Shown piece by piece: positions 32,915 through 42,637 of a stretch of 64,000 nucleotides of DNA. The stretch is from Tolypothrix carrinoi HA7290-LM1. GTDB lineage: Bacteria; Cyanobacteriota; Cyanobacteriia; Cyanobacteriales; Nostocaceae. Position 1 is the first letter of the stretch. Each line of letters begins with the position of its first letter. The notes under the pieces are model-generated. The model had not been told where the DNA came from, ran no database searches, and saw nothing but the letters and a program-made list of their open reading frames with translations. The translations under genes were made by a program, and so were the position numbers. Location of the stretch: assembly GCA_019358935.1 (NCBI GenBank), contig JAHHIK010000019.1:1-64000 (forward strand), given 5' to 3'.

Positions 32915-33535
32915 TCACCTACAAACAAGTTCTAGCCAACTGGGATAAGCGAAAGAATCCGCAGCCAGCAACTTTGACTCACGATAAGTCTTAAATATCC
33001 AACTAGCTGTTTTTTGAAGATTATCCATCAAACAGGCTTCTTCGCCACTAGCTTCAAACGCTAAACTCCACCAAGGATTCTCCCGAATCAGTAGATGGGT
33101 AAGTTCTACGCTACAACCGTTGTCGATAGATTCATTAGCTGAAACAGCTTGTGGTGGAAACTCCGGGACAATTTGGTAAAGTTGCGAATAACGAACTTTT
33201 TGCACACTCACCCATGAAGGGGTATTTACAACCGTTGTCTTCCGAAAACTTTCTTTTGTAGAATCTTCACACAGCCACTTGCCCCATTTTTCTGCTTTGC
33301 CTTCTACAGAATCGCCAAAACGGATTATCCCTAATTCTGATTTGCGCCATTTGACTTCTAGGCGTCCTTGCCGGAGTTTGATTCCCAAGAAGTCACATGG
33401 GGAGTACAAATATAAATCTTCTCGTTCTTCTGGTGACTGCAAAGAGTCAAGGAGACAATTTTGTTTAAACCAAAGTTCAATGTCTTCCGGTATACTGCCA
33501 GGGTAAAACCAACGTAGTTCGTTACTTATCAGCAT
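32915..33535 (-). CDS. Hypothetical protein, CYTH-like
   Basis: ELRWF, REDLYL, GIKLRQGRLEVK. Confidence 0.65.
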   Translation of the reverse strand: MLISNELRWFYPGSIPEDIELWFKQNCLLDSLQSPEEREDLYLYSPCDFLGIKLRQGRLEVKWRKSELGIIRFGDSVEGKAEKWGKWLCEDSTKESFRKTTVVNTPSWVSVQKVRYSQLYQIVPEFPPQAVSANESIDNGCSVELTHLLIRENPWWSLAFEASGEEACLMDNLQKTASWIFKTYRESKLLAADSFAYPSWLELVCR

Positions 33536-33762
33536 AATTTGTTTCGTTGGTGGGAGCGTGGGAGCGTTGTTGGTGGGAGCGTTGTTGCTGGGAGCGTTGT
33601 TGCTTGACGGTTAACAGTTATCAACTATCCACTATCCACTATCTACGCTCCCACTAACTACTAACCTCTCCCCCTCTCCTAAATGTCCCTGTTGATGGGA
33701 GAATGAAAACGGTAAATTTAAGCGTGCCTTGTGTTGCTTCCAGCCCAAAGGAATCTGTAGAA

Positions 33763-34308
33763 ATGTGGAAACGAATTGTATTGATTTTGCTATTGGTGTT
33801 TAGCTTCAGCCTCAGTAATTCTGGTGTAGCGGTTGCGGCTGGACTCAACAGCTTTGTAGACACTACTGATGGCTATCAGTTCTTATATCCTAACGGTTGG
33901 GTGCAAGTTAAAGTTGCCAACGGACCGGATGTGGTATTTCACGATTTGATTCAGGTGACTGAAAATGTTTCTGTGGTGATTAGTCCGGTTCCAGATAACA
34001 AAACTTTGACAGAACTCGGCACGCCTGGAGAGGTAGGATATAAGTTGTCAAAAAATGCGATCGCTCCTCCTGACTCTGGTCGCAAAGCGGAATTAGTCAA
34101 CGCCGCACAACGAGAATCTAATGGTAAAACTTACTACTTATTAGAGTATGAAGTTCAACTTCCCAATAACAGAAAACGGCATAACCTCGCCAGTGTCGCT
34201 GTTAGCCGAGGTAAACTTTTTACCTTTAACGCCTCTGTCACCGAAAACCGTTGGCAGAGAGTTAAATCAATAATAGAAAACTGTGTGAATTCTTTTTCTG
34301 TATATTAG
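33763..34308 (+). CDS. psbP: Photosystem II PsbP (CyanoP) family protein
   Basis: Signal MWKRIVLILL; DGYQFLYPNGW, GPDVVFHD, RGKLFT. Confidence 0.9.
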   Translation: MWKRIVLILLLVFSFSLSNSGVAVAAGLNSFVDTTDGYQFLYPNGWVQVKVANGPDVVFHDLIQVTENVSVVISPVPDNKTLTELGTPGEVGYKLSKNAIAPPDSGRKAELVNAAQRESNGKTYYLLEYEVQLPNNRKRHNLASVAVSRGKLFTFNASVTENRWQRVKSIIENCVNSFSVY

Positions 34309-34423
34309 GGACTGGGGACAAGGGACTGGGGACTAGGGATTAGGAAATAACTTCTTTACAATGCCCGATGCCCCATGCCCAATGCCCGATGCCCAATGCC
34401 CAATGCCCAATGCCCAATGCCCC

Positions 34424-35011
34424 ATGCCCACTTTTATACTCGCCTCTGCTTCCCCGGCGCGACGCCGTTTGTTGCAAACTGTTGGAATTGAGCCGACTGT
34501 TTGCGCCAGTGATTTTGATGAGTCACAAATCCAACTCAGTGAGCCAGGACAGTTGGTGCAAACTCTTGCTCAGTGTAAGGCAGAAACTGTAGCGCCTCAG
34601 TTTGCATCAGGTTTGATAATGGGTTGTGATTCGGTTTTGGCACTAAATGGTGAGATTCATGGTAAACCAGCAGACGCTGAAGAAGCGATCGCTCGTTGGC
34701 AAATCATGCGAGGTAATTTTGGCGATCTGTATACTGGTCATGCTTTGATTGACAAAGACCAAAATCGTACTTTAGTCAAGTGTCAGGTAACAAGAGTTTA
34801 TTTTGGGGAAATGAGCGATCGCGCGATCGCTGCTTATGTTGCTACAGGTGAACCGCTCAAGTGTGCTGGTGCTTTTGCCCTTGAGGGTTTTGGTAGTTTA
34901 TTTGTGGAAAAAATCGAAGGGTGTCACAGTAACGTGATTGGTTTGAGTTTACCTCTGCTGCGGCATATGTTGGCAGAACTGGGGTACGAGGTTACTGATT
35001 TTTGGCGATAG
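34424..35011 (+). CDS. maf: Maf family nucleotide pyrophosphatase
   Basis: [30 protein letters not shown]. Confidence 0.93.
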   Translation: MPTFILASASPARRRLLQTVGIEPTVCASDFDESQIQLSEPGQLVQTLAQCKAETVAPQFASGLIMGCDSVLALNGEIHGKPADAEEAIARWQIMRGNFGDLYTGHALIDKDQNRTLVKCQVTRVYFGEMSDRAIAAYVATGEPLKCAGAFALEGFGSLFVEKIEGCHSNVIGLSLPLLRHMLAELGYEVTDFWR

Positions 35012-35187
35012 TTTGATGGTTGTTGGTTGTTGGTTGTTAGTTGTTAGTTGATGGTTGAGAGTTGATGGTTGATGGTTGAGAGTTGATGGTTGGAGTGTTG
35101 GAGCGTTGACGCTTAACAGTCAACACTCAACAGTCAACAGTTATCCACTATCCACTATCAACTAACCACGCTCCCACCAACCATTAA

Positions 35188-35460
35188 CTAATAACTAAAT
35201 TGCCTGGTATTCAATAACGCTTCCCCATGATCGGGAATCCAAGCTAGCCATTCGTCTTCTGTAACCTGACACAATAACAGTGCTTCGTCAAAACTAAAGG
35301 TGCTCGGAAGTTCTAAAAGCTTTACCCAAGTAGAAGCTTGCAACTTATGCTGCGAATTGGGGTAAGACTTACTTGATCCATCTAGATTCTGTCTTTGCCC
35401 TGCTACGCTAAAACCTAGTTTACGGGAATCTAGTTTCATGGCTTTGTGTTCCCTTAACAC
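35188..35460 (-). CDS. Conserved-type cyanobacterial hypothetical protein
   Basis: WVKLLELPSTFSFDEALLLC...WLAWIPDHGE; start may be 35439. Confidence 0.7.
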   Translation of the reverse strand: MLREHKAMKLDSRKLGFSVAGQRQNLDGSSKSYPNSQHKLQASTWVKLLELPSTFSFDEALLLCQVTEDEWLAWIPDHGEALLNTRQFSY

Positions 35461-35485
35461 TCATCGATTAATTTGAAAATATTTC

Positions 35486-35501
35486 TGTAACCTAGGCTAC
35501 A
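35486..35501. promoter_or_regulatory. Putative NtcA binding site
   Basis: TGTA-ACCTAGGC-TACA matches TGTA-N8-TACA, in an intergenic region. Confidence 0.5.
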
Positions 35502-35640
35502 AAATAATGAATACTATTGCAAAGTGGCTGTCGTATAACTTTACGTTTGGGGAGATGGTGAGTGCGATCGCACTCACATAACCTTGGAATAGGCAATATC
35601 ATGTCCGCTTAATTAACAGTGATAAAAACACCACAACCGT

Positions 35641-35802
35641 TGTAGAGACGCAAGGAACCGGAGCGTCTCTACCAAGATTAATCGCGTCTCTACCAAGATT
35701 AATCGCGTCTCTACCAAGATTAATCGCGTCTCTACCAAGATTAATTGCGTCTCTACCAAGATTAATTGCGTCTCTACCAAGATTAATTGCGTCTCTACCA
35801 AG
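35641..35802. repeat. REP-like palindrome followed by ~6.5 tandem 21-bp copies of its right arm
   Basis: (CGTCTCTACCAAGATTAAT[C/T]G)n. Confidence 0.9.
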
Positions 35803-35907
35803 AATTTCGGGCAATAGTAAAATTACTTTGTCAGTAAAGACTAGATGACCTGTTGTAGTGGTAGTGGTGATAGTAGGGACTTGTACAAACCATTACACTT
35901 CTTCCCT

Positions 35908-38752
35908 GATGAATAATAAAGCGGGTGTCCAAACGATTTTACTGTTGGCAGCGAATCCCAGAGATACTTCTAAACTGCAACTTGATGTAGAGGTGCGGGA
36001 AATTGATGAAGGGTTGCGACGAGCGAATAAGCGGGAACAGTTTAAATTGAAGCAAAAGTGGGCAGTGCGATCGCGTGATTTTTACCGCGCTATTCTCGAC
36101 ACTCAACCGCAGATTGTTCACTTTAGCGGACACGGGACTGCTGAGGATGGAATTATCCTGGAAAATGAGATGAAGCAGACGGTGTATGTACAAGCTGATG
36201 CGCTGGCAAGTATGTTTAAGCTGTTTGCGAGAAAGGGTGTGGAGTGTGTTGTTCTTAATGCTTGTTATTCAGAAGTGCAAGCAGAGGCTATTAGCCAATA
36301 TGTAAAATATGTCATTGGCATGAATAAAGCTGTGGGTGATAAAGCAGCTGTTGCCTTTGCTGTCGCGTTTTACGATGCGCTCGGTGCTGGGGAAGATGTG
36401 GAATTTGCCTATGAGTTAGGCTGCTCTCAGATGATAGGCTTTTTGGAGCATCAAACTCCGGTTCTGAAGAAAAATGAGTTAACTCATGTCTTAACTCCTT
36501 TTCAAACAGATGTTATTCCACCCAACCCTTACCAGGGATTGTCTGCTTTTGGGGAAGAGGATGCAGCTTTCTTTTTTGGACGGGAGACTTTTGTTAATGA
36601 GTTAGTTCAGACGACTCGCAAACAGCCTTTGGTAGGTGTGGTTGGTCCGAGTGGTAGTGGTAAATCTTCTATCGTGTTTGCCGGACTGATTCCGCAGTTG
36701 CGAAGTGAGGGAAACTGGCTGATTTCATCTTTTCGTCCTGGTAATCAACCATTTTATCAGCTGGCTTGTGCGTTGGTGCGTTTATTAGAGCCAGAACTGA
36801 GTGAAACTGGACTACTGCGAGAAGCTGCGGGACTGGCAGGTGATATGCAGTCCAGTAGAATTACTTTGCAGCAAGTAGCGTCTCGCATCAAAGAACGCAA
36901 TGGTGGTAAACGTCTGTTGTTAGTTGCAGACCAATTTGAAGAACTTTATACTCTTTGCCAGAAGGAAGAACAAGAACGCTTTGCTGATGCTTTGTTGGGG
37001 GCTATTTCTCCAGAAATGACACTGGTTTTCACTTTACGAGCAGACTTTTACGGCTATGTGCTTTCCTACCGTTTGTTTCGGGATGCGTTGCAGCAGTTTA
37101 CACCTCAGTTGCTGAGTTCGATGAAACCAGAGGAACTGAAAGCAGCGATCGCACTACCGGCACAAAAGTTAGAGGTGCAATTAGAAGCGCAACTGACGCA
37201 ACGAATTTTGGATGATGTGGGACAAGAACCGGGTAATTTGCCATTGTTGGAATTTGCTTTAACTCGACTGTGGGAAAAGCAAGAAAATCGGGTGTTAACT
37301 CACCAAGCATACGATGAAATTGGCGGTGTGAAGAAGGCGATCGCCAATCATGCAGAACAGGTTTATCAACAACTTAGTGAAACACAGCAAAAACAGGCAC
37401 AGCGAATTTTTGTGCAATTAGTGCGTCCTGGGGAGGGAACGGAGGATACTCGACGCATGGCGACTCGTGCGGAAGTTGGGGAAGATAATTGGGGCTTGGT
37501 GAGTTATTTAGCGGGATATCAAGCGCGGTTGGTGGTGACGGGGGGAGGGAAGGCAGGGGAGGCAGGGGAGGCAGGGGAGGCAGGGGAAGCAGGGGAAGCA
37601 GGGGAAGGGATTAAAAGTTCCTCGGTTTCTTTCGCGGAAGATACGGTAGAGGTGGTGCATGAAGCGCTGATTCGGGAATGGGAAACTTTGCGAGAGTGGA
37701 TAAATGCTAACCGTGAATTTCGCACTTGGCAAGAAAGGTTAAAAGTAGCATTACGAGAATGGAAAAATAACAACCATGACGCTGGGGCTTTGTTGCGTGG
37801 TGTGCCGTTGACTGTGGCATCCGATTGGTTGCACAAACGTGCAGAGGAAATGACGCAGGAGGAGCGAGATTTTATTCAAGTTAGCGGACAACAACGGGAT
37901 AGGGATAAGCAGGAACGCGAACATCAACAGCAGCGCGAATTGGCTTTAGAGCGACAAGCACGATATCGGTTGCAATGGTTGGTAGCTGTCTTGACTACTA
38001 TTGTTTTTAGTACCACAAGCTATCTCGCCTATCCTCAAGTATTGCGCTACCAAGCTGCTGCATTAGGAAGAATGATAAAAATTTCATCTGGTGAATTTAT
38101 TGTTGGTACAAATGATCCTGACGCAGAAACTGAAGAAAAGCCACAAAGACGCACATATCTACCAGAATTTGAGATTGAAAAATATGAAGTCTCCAATCGT
38201 CAGTATGACTTATGTGTCAAAGTTGCAGCTTGTTCTCTACCTGCAAAAGGGTTAAGTAGATTTTATGACAAGAATACTTTGGATCATCCAGTTGTGGGAG
38301 TTACAGCAATTCAGGCAAATGAATACTGTCGTTGGTTAGGGAGGCGCTTACCAACAGAATTAGAATGGGAGCGAGCTGCACGAGGTTCTAATGGTCGCTT
38401 ATGGTCTTGGGGCAATACAAAGCCAACACCTCAGCAAGCAAATATTGTCCTTCGCACAAAAAATCCCGAAAACACTGAACCTGTGACAAGTTATTCTCCT
38501 GGTCGTAGTCCAGAGGGTGTTTATAACTTAGTAGGAAACGTCTGGGAGTGGACAGCATCTTATTTTGAAGGCTATTCTGACTCTGATGAAAAAAAGCACA
38601 TTTGGGATGGTCAAATAAAAACATTAATTTTGGATAAGTCACTAGCTGTACGAGGAGGTAGCTGGAAAGACTCTATGCCAAGAATTACATCTCGCATACC
38701 GAGTTCATCAGAAAATGCTGATGACGTAGTTGGCATACGATGTACTAACTAA
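35908..38752 (+). CDS. CHAT domain + nSTAND1-type NTPase + TM + FGE-sulfatase (SUMF1) domain protein
   Basis: VHFSGHG and VVLNAC (CHAT), PNPYQGL and GPSGSGKSS (P-loop), RLPTELEWE, GNVWEW, RGGSW (FGE). Confidence 0.88.
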
Positions 38753-38821
38753 AAACTGTAGTAGTATTGTATGTAAAACTACTAATCAAATGCGAAAGTA
38801 ATTCTTTTAGGAAAAGAAAAA

Positions 38822-39127
38822 ATGTCTGAATTGAAACCTAAGAAAGTAGGTGTACCAACACGTTCAATTCGTGCATCGAGACCACCACAACCTAGTCGCA
38901 TTGATCCTGTCATAACTCCAAAAACAATTGTTACAGTAACTCAAGGAAAGGTATTAGCTGAAATTCAAAAGAATGGGATAACTATAGAAAGTAAGGAGAT
39001 AACTGCCGTAGGAGAATATACCTTCCATGTTCCGAATAATTCTTCAACAGATGTATACAAAGTTGTAATTAGTTCCCTCGCTATTAGAAGCGAATATCAA
39101 ATTCATGGAAATACCACAGTCTTGTAA
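38822..39127 (+). CDS. Hypothetical protein
   Basis: 101-aa ORF with an AGGA RBS just downstream of the CHAT gene. Confidence 0.55.
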   Translation: MSELKPKKVGVPTRSIRASRPPQPSRIDPVITPKTIVTVTQGKVLAEIQKNGITIESKEITAVGEYTFHVPNNSSTDVYKVVISSLAIRSEYQIHGNTTVL

Positions 39128-39186
39128 AATGTGGCAGTCCTGAAAAACGAAAACATCTTAAATATTTGTACAGATCGCCCTTCGTA

Positions 39187-39367
39187 TTGTAACCACACCT
39201 TAAATAATTGTAACGAAAGTTTAAGCATTTGCCATGAACACTTGTTTTTTGTAACGAAAGTTGAAGTGTTTATCACCACAGCTTTAATGTTGGTAGCGAT
39301 CGCGCTGAGTATCCTAACCATAGCTTCAACGTTGGTAGCGATCGCGCTGAGTGTCGTTACCACAGCG
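39187..39367. repeat. 21/42-nt periodic HIP1-containing repeat block 1
   Basis: Units such as GGTAGCGATCGCGCTGAGTGT and TTGTAACGAAAGTT. Confidence 0.75.
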
Positions 39368-39429
39368 AATCGTATTGTGCTAAAACGATTATTAATGACT
39401 TTATTTTAACTTTAAGTAAGAATTTACCA

Positions 39430-39684
39430 ATGATACCTGTAACAGTTGAATTCCCAGAAAGCGTATTTTCTGCTCTCCGCAAAAACCCCAATGAATTCAT
39501 CGTAGAAATGCGAATTGCTGCTGCTGTTAAATGGTATGAACTTGGAGAAATATCGCAGAATAAAGCATCAGAAATTGCTGGATTAAGCCGTTATGAATTC
39601 ATCAACGCTTTATCTCGTTATAGAGTTGATTTTATGCAATATAGTGCTGAAGAGTTAGCCCAAGAGATTGCCAATGTCGATTGA
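39430..39684 (+). CDS. UPF0175 family antitoxin
   Basis: EMRIAAAVKWYELGEISQNKASEIAGLSR. Confidence 0.88.
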   Translation: MIPVTVEFPESVFSALRKNPNEFIVEMRIAAAVKWYELGEISQNKASEIAGLSRYEFINALSRYRVDFMQYSAEELAQEIANVD

Positions 39685-40162
39685 GCAAATTATTATCAAC
39701 TCTTCACCTCTAATTGTTCTGTTTAAAAGTCAACAGGCAGAACTATTACCACAATTATATTCAAAAATTCTAGTTCCATCGGCAGTTTGGGATGAAATTA
39801 CAAACTCCGGTTTAAATGACCCAGCCTCTCAAAAATTACCTAGCACTTCTTGGGCGCAACGAGTAGAAGTTGAAGCAATTGTACCTGAAATTGCCGCTTG
39901 GGATTTAGGAAAAGGAGAATCAGCAGTGTTAACTTTAGCTTTAAAAACTTTCAATTGTGCAGCTATTGTTGACGATAGAGCAGCGCGGCGTTGCTGTCAA
40001 ACCTTTGGGATCACTACCATTGGTACGGGTGGCTTGCTAATACTAGCAAAACGACGCGGATTAATTCCTAGCATATCTCCAGGAATTCAAGCTTTACGCG
40101 ATGCAGGCTTATGGTTATCCGATACAGTTGTAAACTTGCTGAAACAACAAGCTGGGGAATAG
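39674..40162 (+). CDS. DUF3368 / PIN-domain toxin
   Basis: IINSSPLI, DLGKGES, DDRAARR, GTGGLLILAK; overlaps the antitoxin. Confidence 0.88.
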   Translation: MSIEQIIINSSPLIVLFKSQQAELLPQLYSKILVPSAVWDEITNSGLNDPASQKLPSTSWAQRVEVEAIVPEIAAWDLGKGESAVLTLALKTFNCAAIVDDRAARRCCQTFGITTIGTGGLLILAKRRGLIPSISPGIQALRDAGLWLSDTVVNLLKQQAGE

Positions 40163-40199
40163 AATCTACGAAACGATTGGACGATTGGGGAATTGGAGC

Positions 40200-40413
40200 A
40201 GTAGCGATCGCCCTTTGTATCTTAACCACGGCTTCAACATTAGTAGCGATCGCGCTTATTGTCCTTACCACAGCTTTAACGTTTGCAGCGATCGCGTTTC
40301 GTGTCGTCACTACAGCTTTAACATTTGTAGCGTAGGCGCAGCCCGCCGTAGGCATCGCTTGTTTGTTTGTAACGAAAGCTTTAATGTTGGTAGCGATCGC
40401 GCTGAGTGTCGTC
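40200..40413. repeat. 21/42-nt periodic repeat block 2 with an SDR insertion
   Basis: Same units as block 1. Confidence 0.75.
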
Positions 40414-40420
40414 CCGTCGA

Positions 40421-40669
40421 TTATTCGTCATCATTCAAAATCGATTCTAAGATTTCAGGCGTTAATCCTCGCTCTTGTGCTTCAAGGCTAGCTTTATCCA
40501 TTGTATTTCTCAGCCGTGCGATCGCCTCAAGTCTCGGAGTTGTAAATTGAGACTGCATAATTGCCGCAATCTTAAGTTGCAATTGTTCACGTTCTTCTTC
40601 AGTGGCATTGCGGTATGCTTCTGCTACCTCAAAGGGAACTTTGATAGTAATTTCTTCTTTAGTAATCAT
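40421..40669 (-). CDS. Orphan antitoxin-like small protein
   Basis: ITIKVP.EVAEAYRNA...AQERGLTPEILESILND, resembles partners of PIN toxins. Confidence 0.65.
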   Translation of the reverse strand: MITKEEITIKVPFEVAEAYRNATEEEREQLQLKIAAIMQSQFTTPRLEAIARLRNTMDKASLEAQERGLTPEILESILNDDE

Positions 40670-40739
40670 GGCTTGTTTGCTTCCATAATTTCTCATCTTT
40701 AATCATGTTACTTCCTTGGCTTGTGAGTTCCTCAGCTTA

Positions 40740-40926
40740 CATATTTGTAATGATCGCACTTATTGTCGTCACCAGAGCTTTAACATTGGTAGCGTAGGCG
40801 CAGCCCGCCGTAGGCATCGCTTGTATGTTTGTAACGAAAGTTAAAGCATTAGTAACCACAGCTTCAACATTGGTAACGATAGCTTTAACGAAAGTAACGA
40901 TCGCACTTATTGTCGTCACCACAGCG
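40740..40926. repeat. 21/42-nt periodic repeat block 3 with the identical SDR insertion
   Basis: Shares GTAGCGTAGGCGCAGCCCGCCGTAGGCATCGCTTGT.TGTTTGTAACGAAAG with block 2. Confidence 0.75.
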
Positions 40927-40943
40927 CGTCCCCTATAAACCCG

Positions 40944-41060
40944 ACACCCTGAAGGGTGCGGCTATACGAACAAAGTCCACCTGCGTGGACTAAATGCCGA
41001 AAAATTCTTTTAGCCTGCGGAGGCAGGCTTTGTTTGTAGAGCCAGCGGCTTCCAGCCTGA
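40944..41060. repeat. REP-like multi-hairpin repeat
   Basis: CACCCTGAAGGGTG, AGTCCACCTGCGTGGACT and AGCCTGCGGAGGCAGGCT hairpins. Confidence 0.6.
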
Positions 41061-41149
41061 GGGCTTCTGTTTGATTATATTGCAAGCGCGATCGCCCGAT
41101 CGCCCAACAGCGATAAACTGACAAATAGACAATATTCCCCAATTACAAC

Positions 41150-41884
41150 ATGTCAGTTACTTCTACACCCTCACTGCGCGAGCAACAACATCCTTTAATT
41201 CGTCAGTTGGCTGATACGATTGAAGGTGCTTGGCACAAACACCTTGATTTATCACCCTACCATTTGCCGGCAGAGTTGGGATATGTAGAAGGTAGACTCG
41301 AAGGTGAAAAACTGACGATTGAAAATCGCTGCTATCAAACACCGCAGTTCCGCAAGATGCACTTGGAACTAGCGAAAGTGGGAAATATGCTGGATATTCT
41401 GCACTGCGTTATGTTTCCCCGTCCAGAATACGACATACCGATGTTTGGCTGCGATTTAGTCGGGGGTAGAGGTCAAATTAGTGCTGCGATCGCTGATTTA
41501 TCTCCACTTTCACAACGCACTTTACCAGAAGCGTATAATTCTGAACTTTCCGCGTTACCTGCAATCAACTTTTCTCAACCCCGTGAATTACCAGAGTGGG
41601 GAGATATATTTTCGGAATTTTGTATCTTTGTTCGTCCCGGTTCTCCCGAAGAAGAAACGCTGTTTTTGTCACGGGTGCGAGACTTTTTAGATATTCATTG
41701 TACGAGAGCGATCGCTTCCCATCCCGCTTCACCAGAACAAGTATTAAAAATCATCGCCGGACAGCATAATTACTGCACCAAACAGCAACAAAACGACAAA
41801 ACCCGTCGCGTACTCGAAAAAGCCTTTGGTTCAGATTGGGCTGAAAATTATATGACTACAGTGTTATTTGACCTTCCAAATTAA
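41150..41884 (+). CDS. pcyA: Phycocyanobilin:ferredoxin oxidoreductase
   Basis: [41 protein letters not shown]. Confidence 0.96.
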   Translation: MSVTSTPSLREQQHPLIRQLADTIEGAWHKHLDLSPYHLPAELGYVEGRLEGEKLTIENRCYQTPQFRKMHLELAKVGNMLDILHCVMFPRPEYDIPMFGCDLVGGRGQISAAIADLSPLSQRTLPEAYNSELSALPAINFSQPRELPEWGDIFSEFCIFVRPGSPEEETLFLSRVRDFLDIHCTRAIASHPASPEQVLKIIAGQHNYCTKQQQNDKTRRVLEKAFGSDWAENYMTTVLFDLPN

Positions 41885-42637
41885 TTATTCGCATTAGGAC
41901 ATACAAATACAAAAAAAATAAAGTGACAATATACCAAGAATTATAAATGTTGACTTATTGTCACTTTTTCTGCATAACTATCACTTCAAATGCTGAAAAC
42001 TGCTTATCTGTAAGCTGTGCTACGTTTTCCGACAAATCATGAATGTAGAATTCAGAAAACAACAGTTTAATGGAGTCATAAAATAGCATTACATAAAGCA
42101 GCGAGTAATTCTACTAACAGTTTGATAGAAACTTTCGGAATTCGTTAAAAAAACAAGATACCCGACTTATTAGATAAATCGGGTATCTAAAAAAGGGCAA
42201 TTTTAAATTGGCAAATAGCATTGCTATAGCATCAACTAAAATTAACCAGGTGTATCTGACCAAATTAAGCAAATCTCTCTACCAATAGAGCAAAACTTGT
42301 AATAGGTGTAGCCATCTGAAATGATTCGTAAATATTACCTTTTGCTCATAAAAGGCTAAATACTGCACTGCATATTTATCTGCTTAATTAATAGCTAAAA
42401 TCCTTTTAATTCGTAGTGAGCGGTTTACCCAACGGGAGAGCCAGTCGCTCATGGGGGTAACGAACATGACCGCGCTGGCTCACCGCTCATAGCTTCGCTT
42501 TTAAGGGCTGAAGCCCTTACTACATTAAGTCCGCGTTTATTTATCATTATTCAGCTGGCTGGAAATCTAAAACCCTTTTTTGACTAATCCAACTACATCT
42601 TTTACTGAAATCACCACAATCAAACGGACAATATACC

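Noticed and set aside
35641..35802. CRISPR array
   Set aside because: Contiguous 21-bp tandem units with no unique spacers, and no cas genes
38640..38752. DGR variable region in the FGE domain
   Set aside because: No template repeat or reverse transcriptase in the window; a remote DGR cannot be excluded
39187..40926. CRISPR-like array
   Set aside because: Repeats are degenerate and contiguous, with no repeat-spacer alternation
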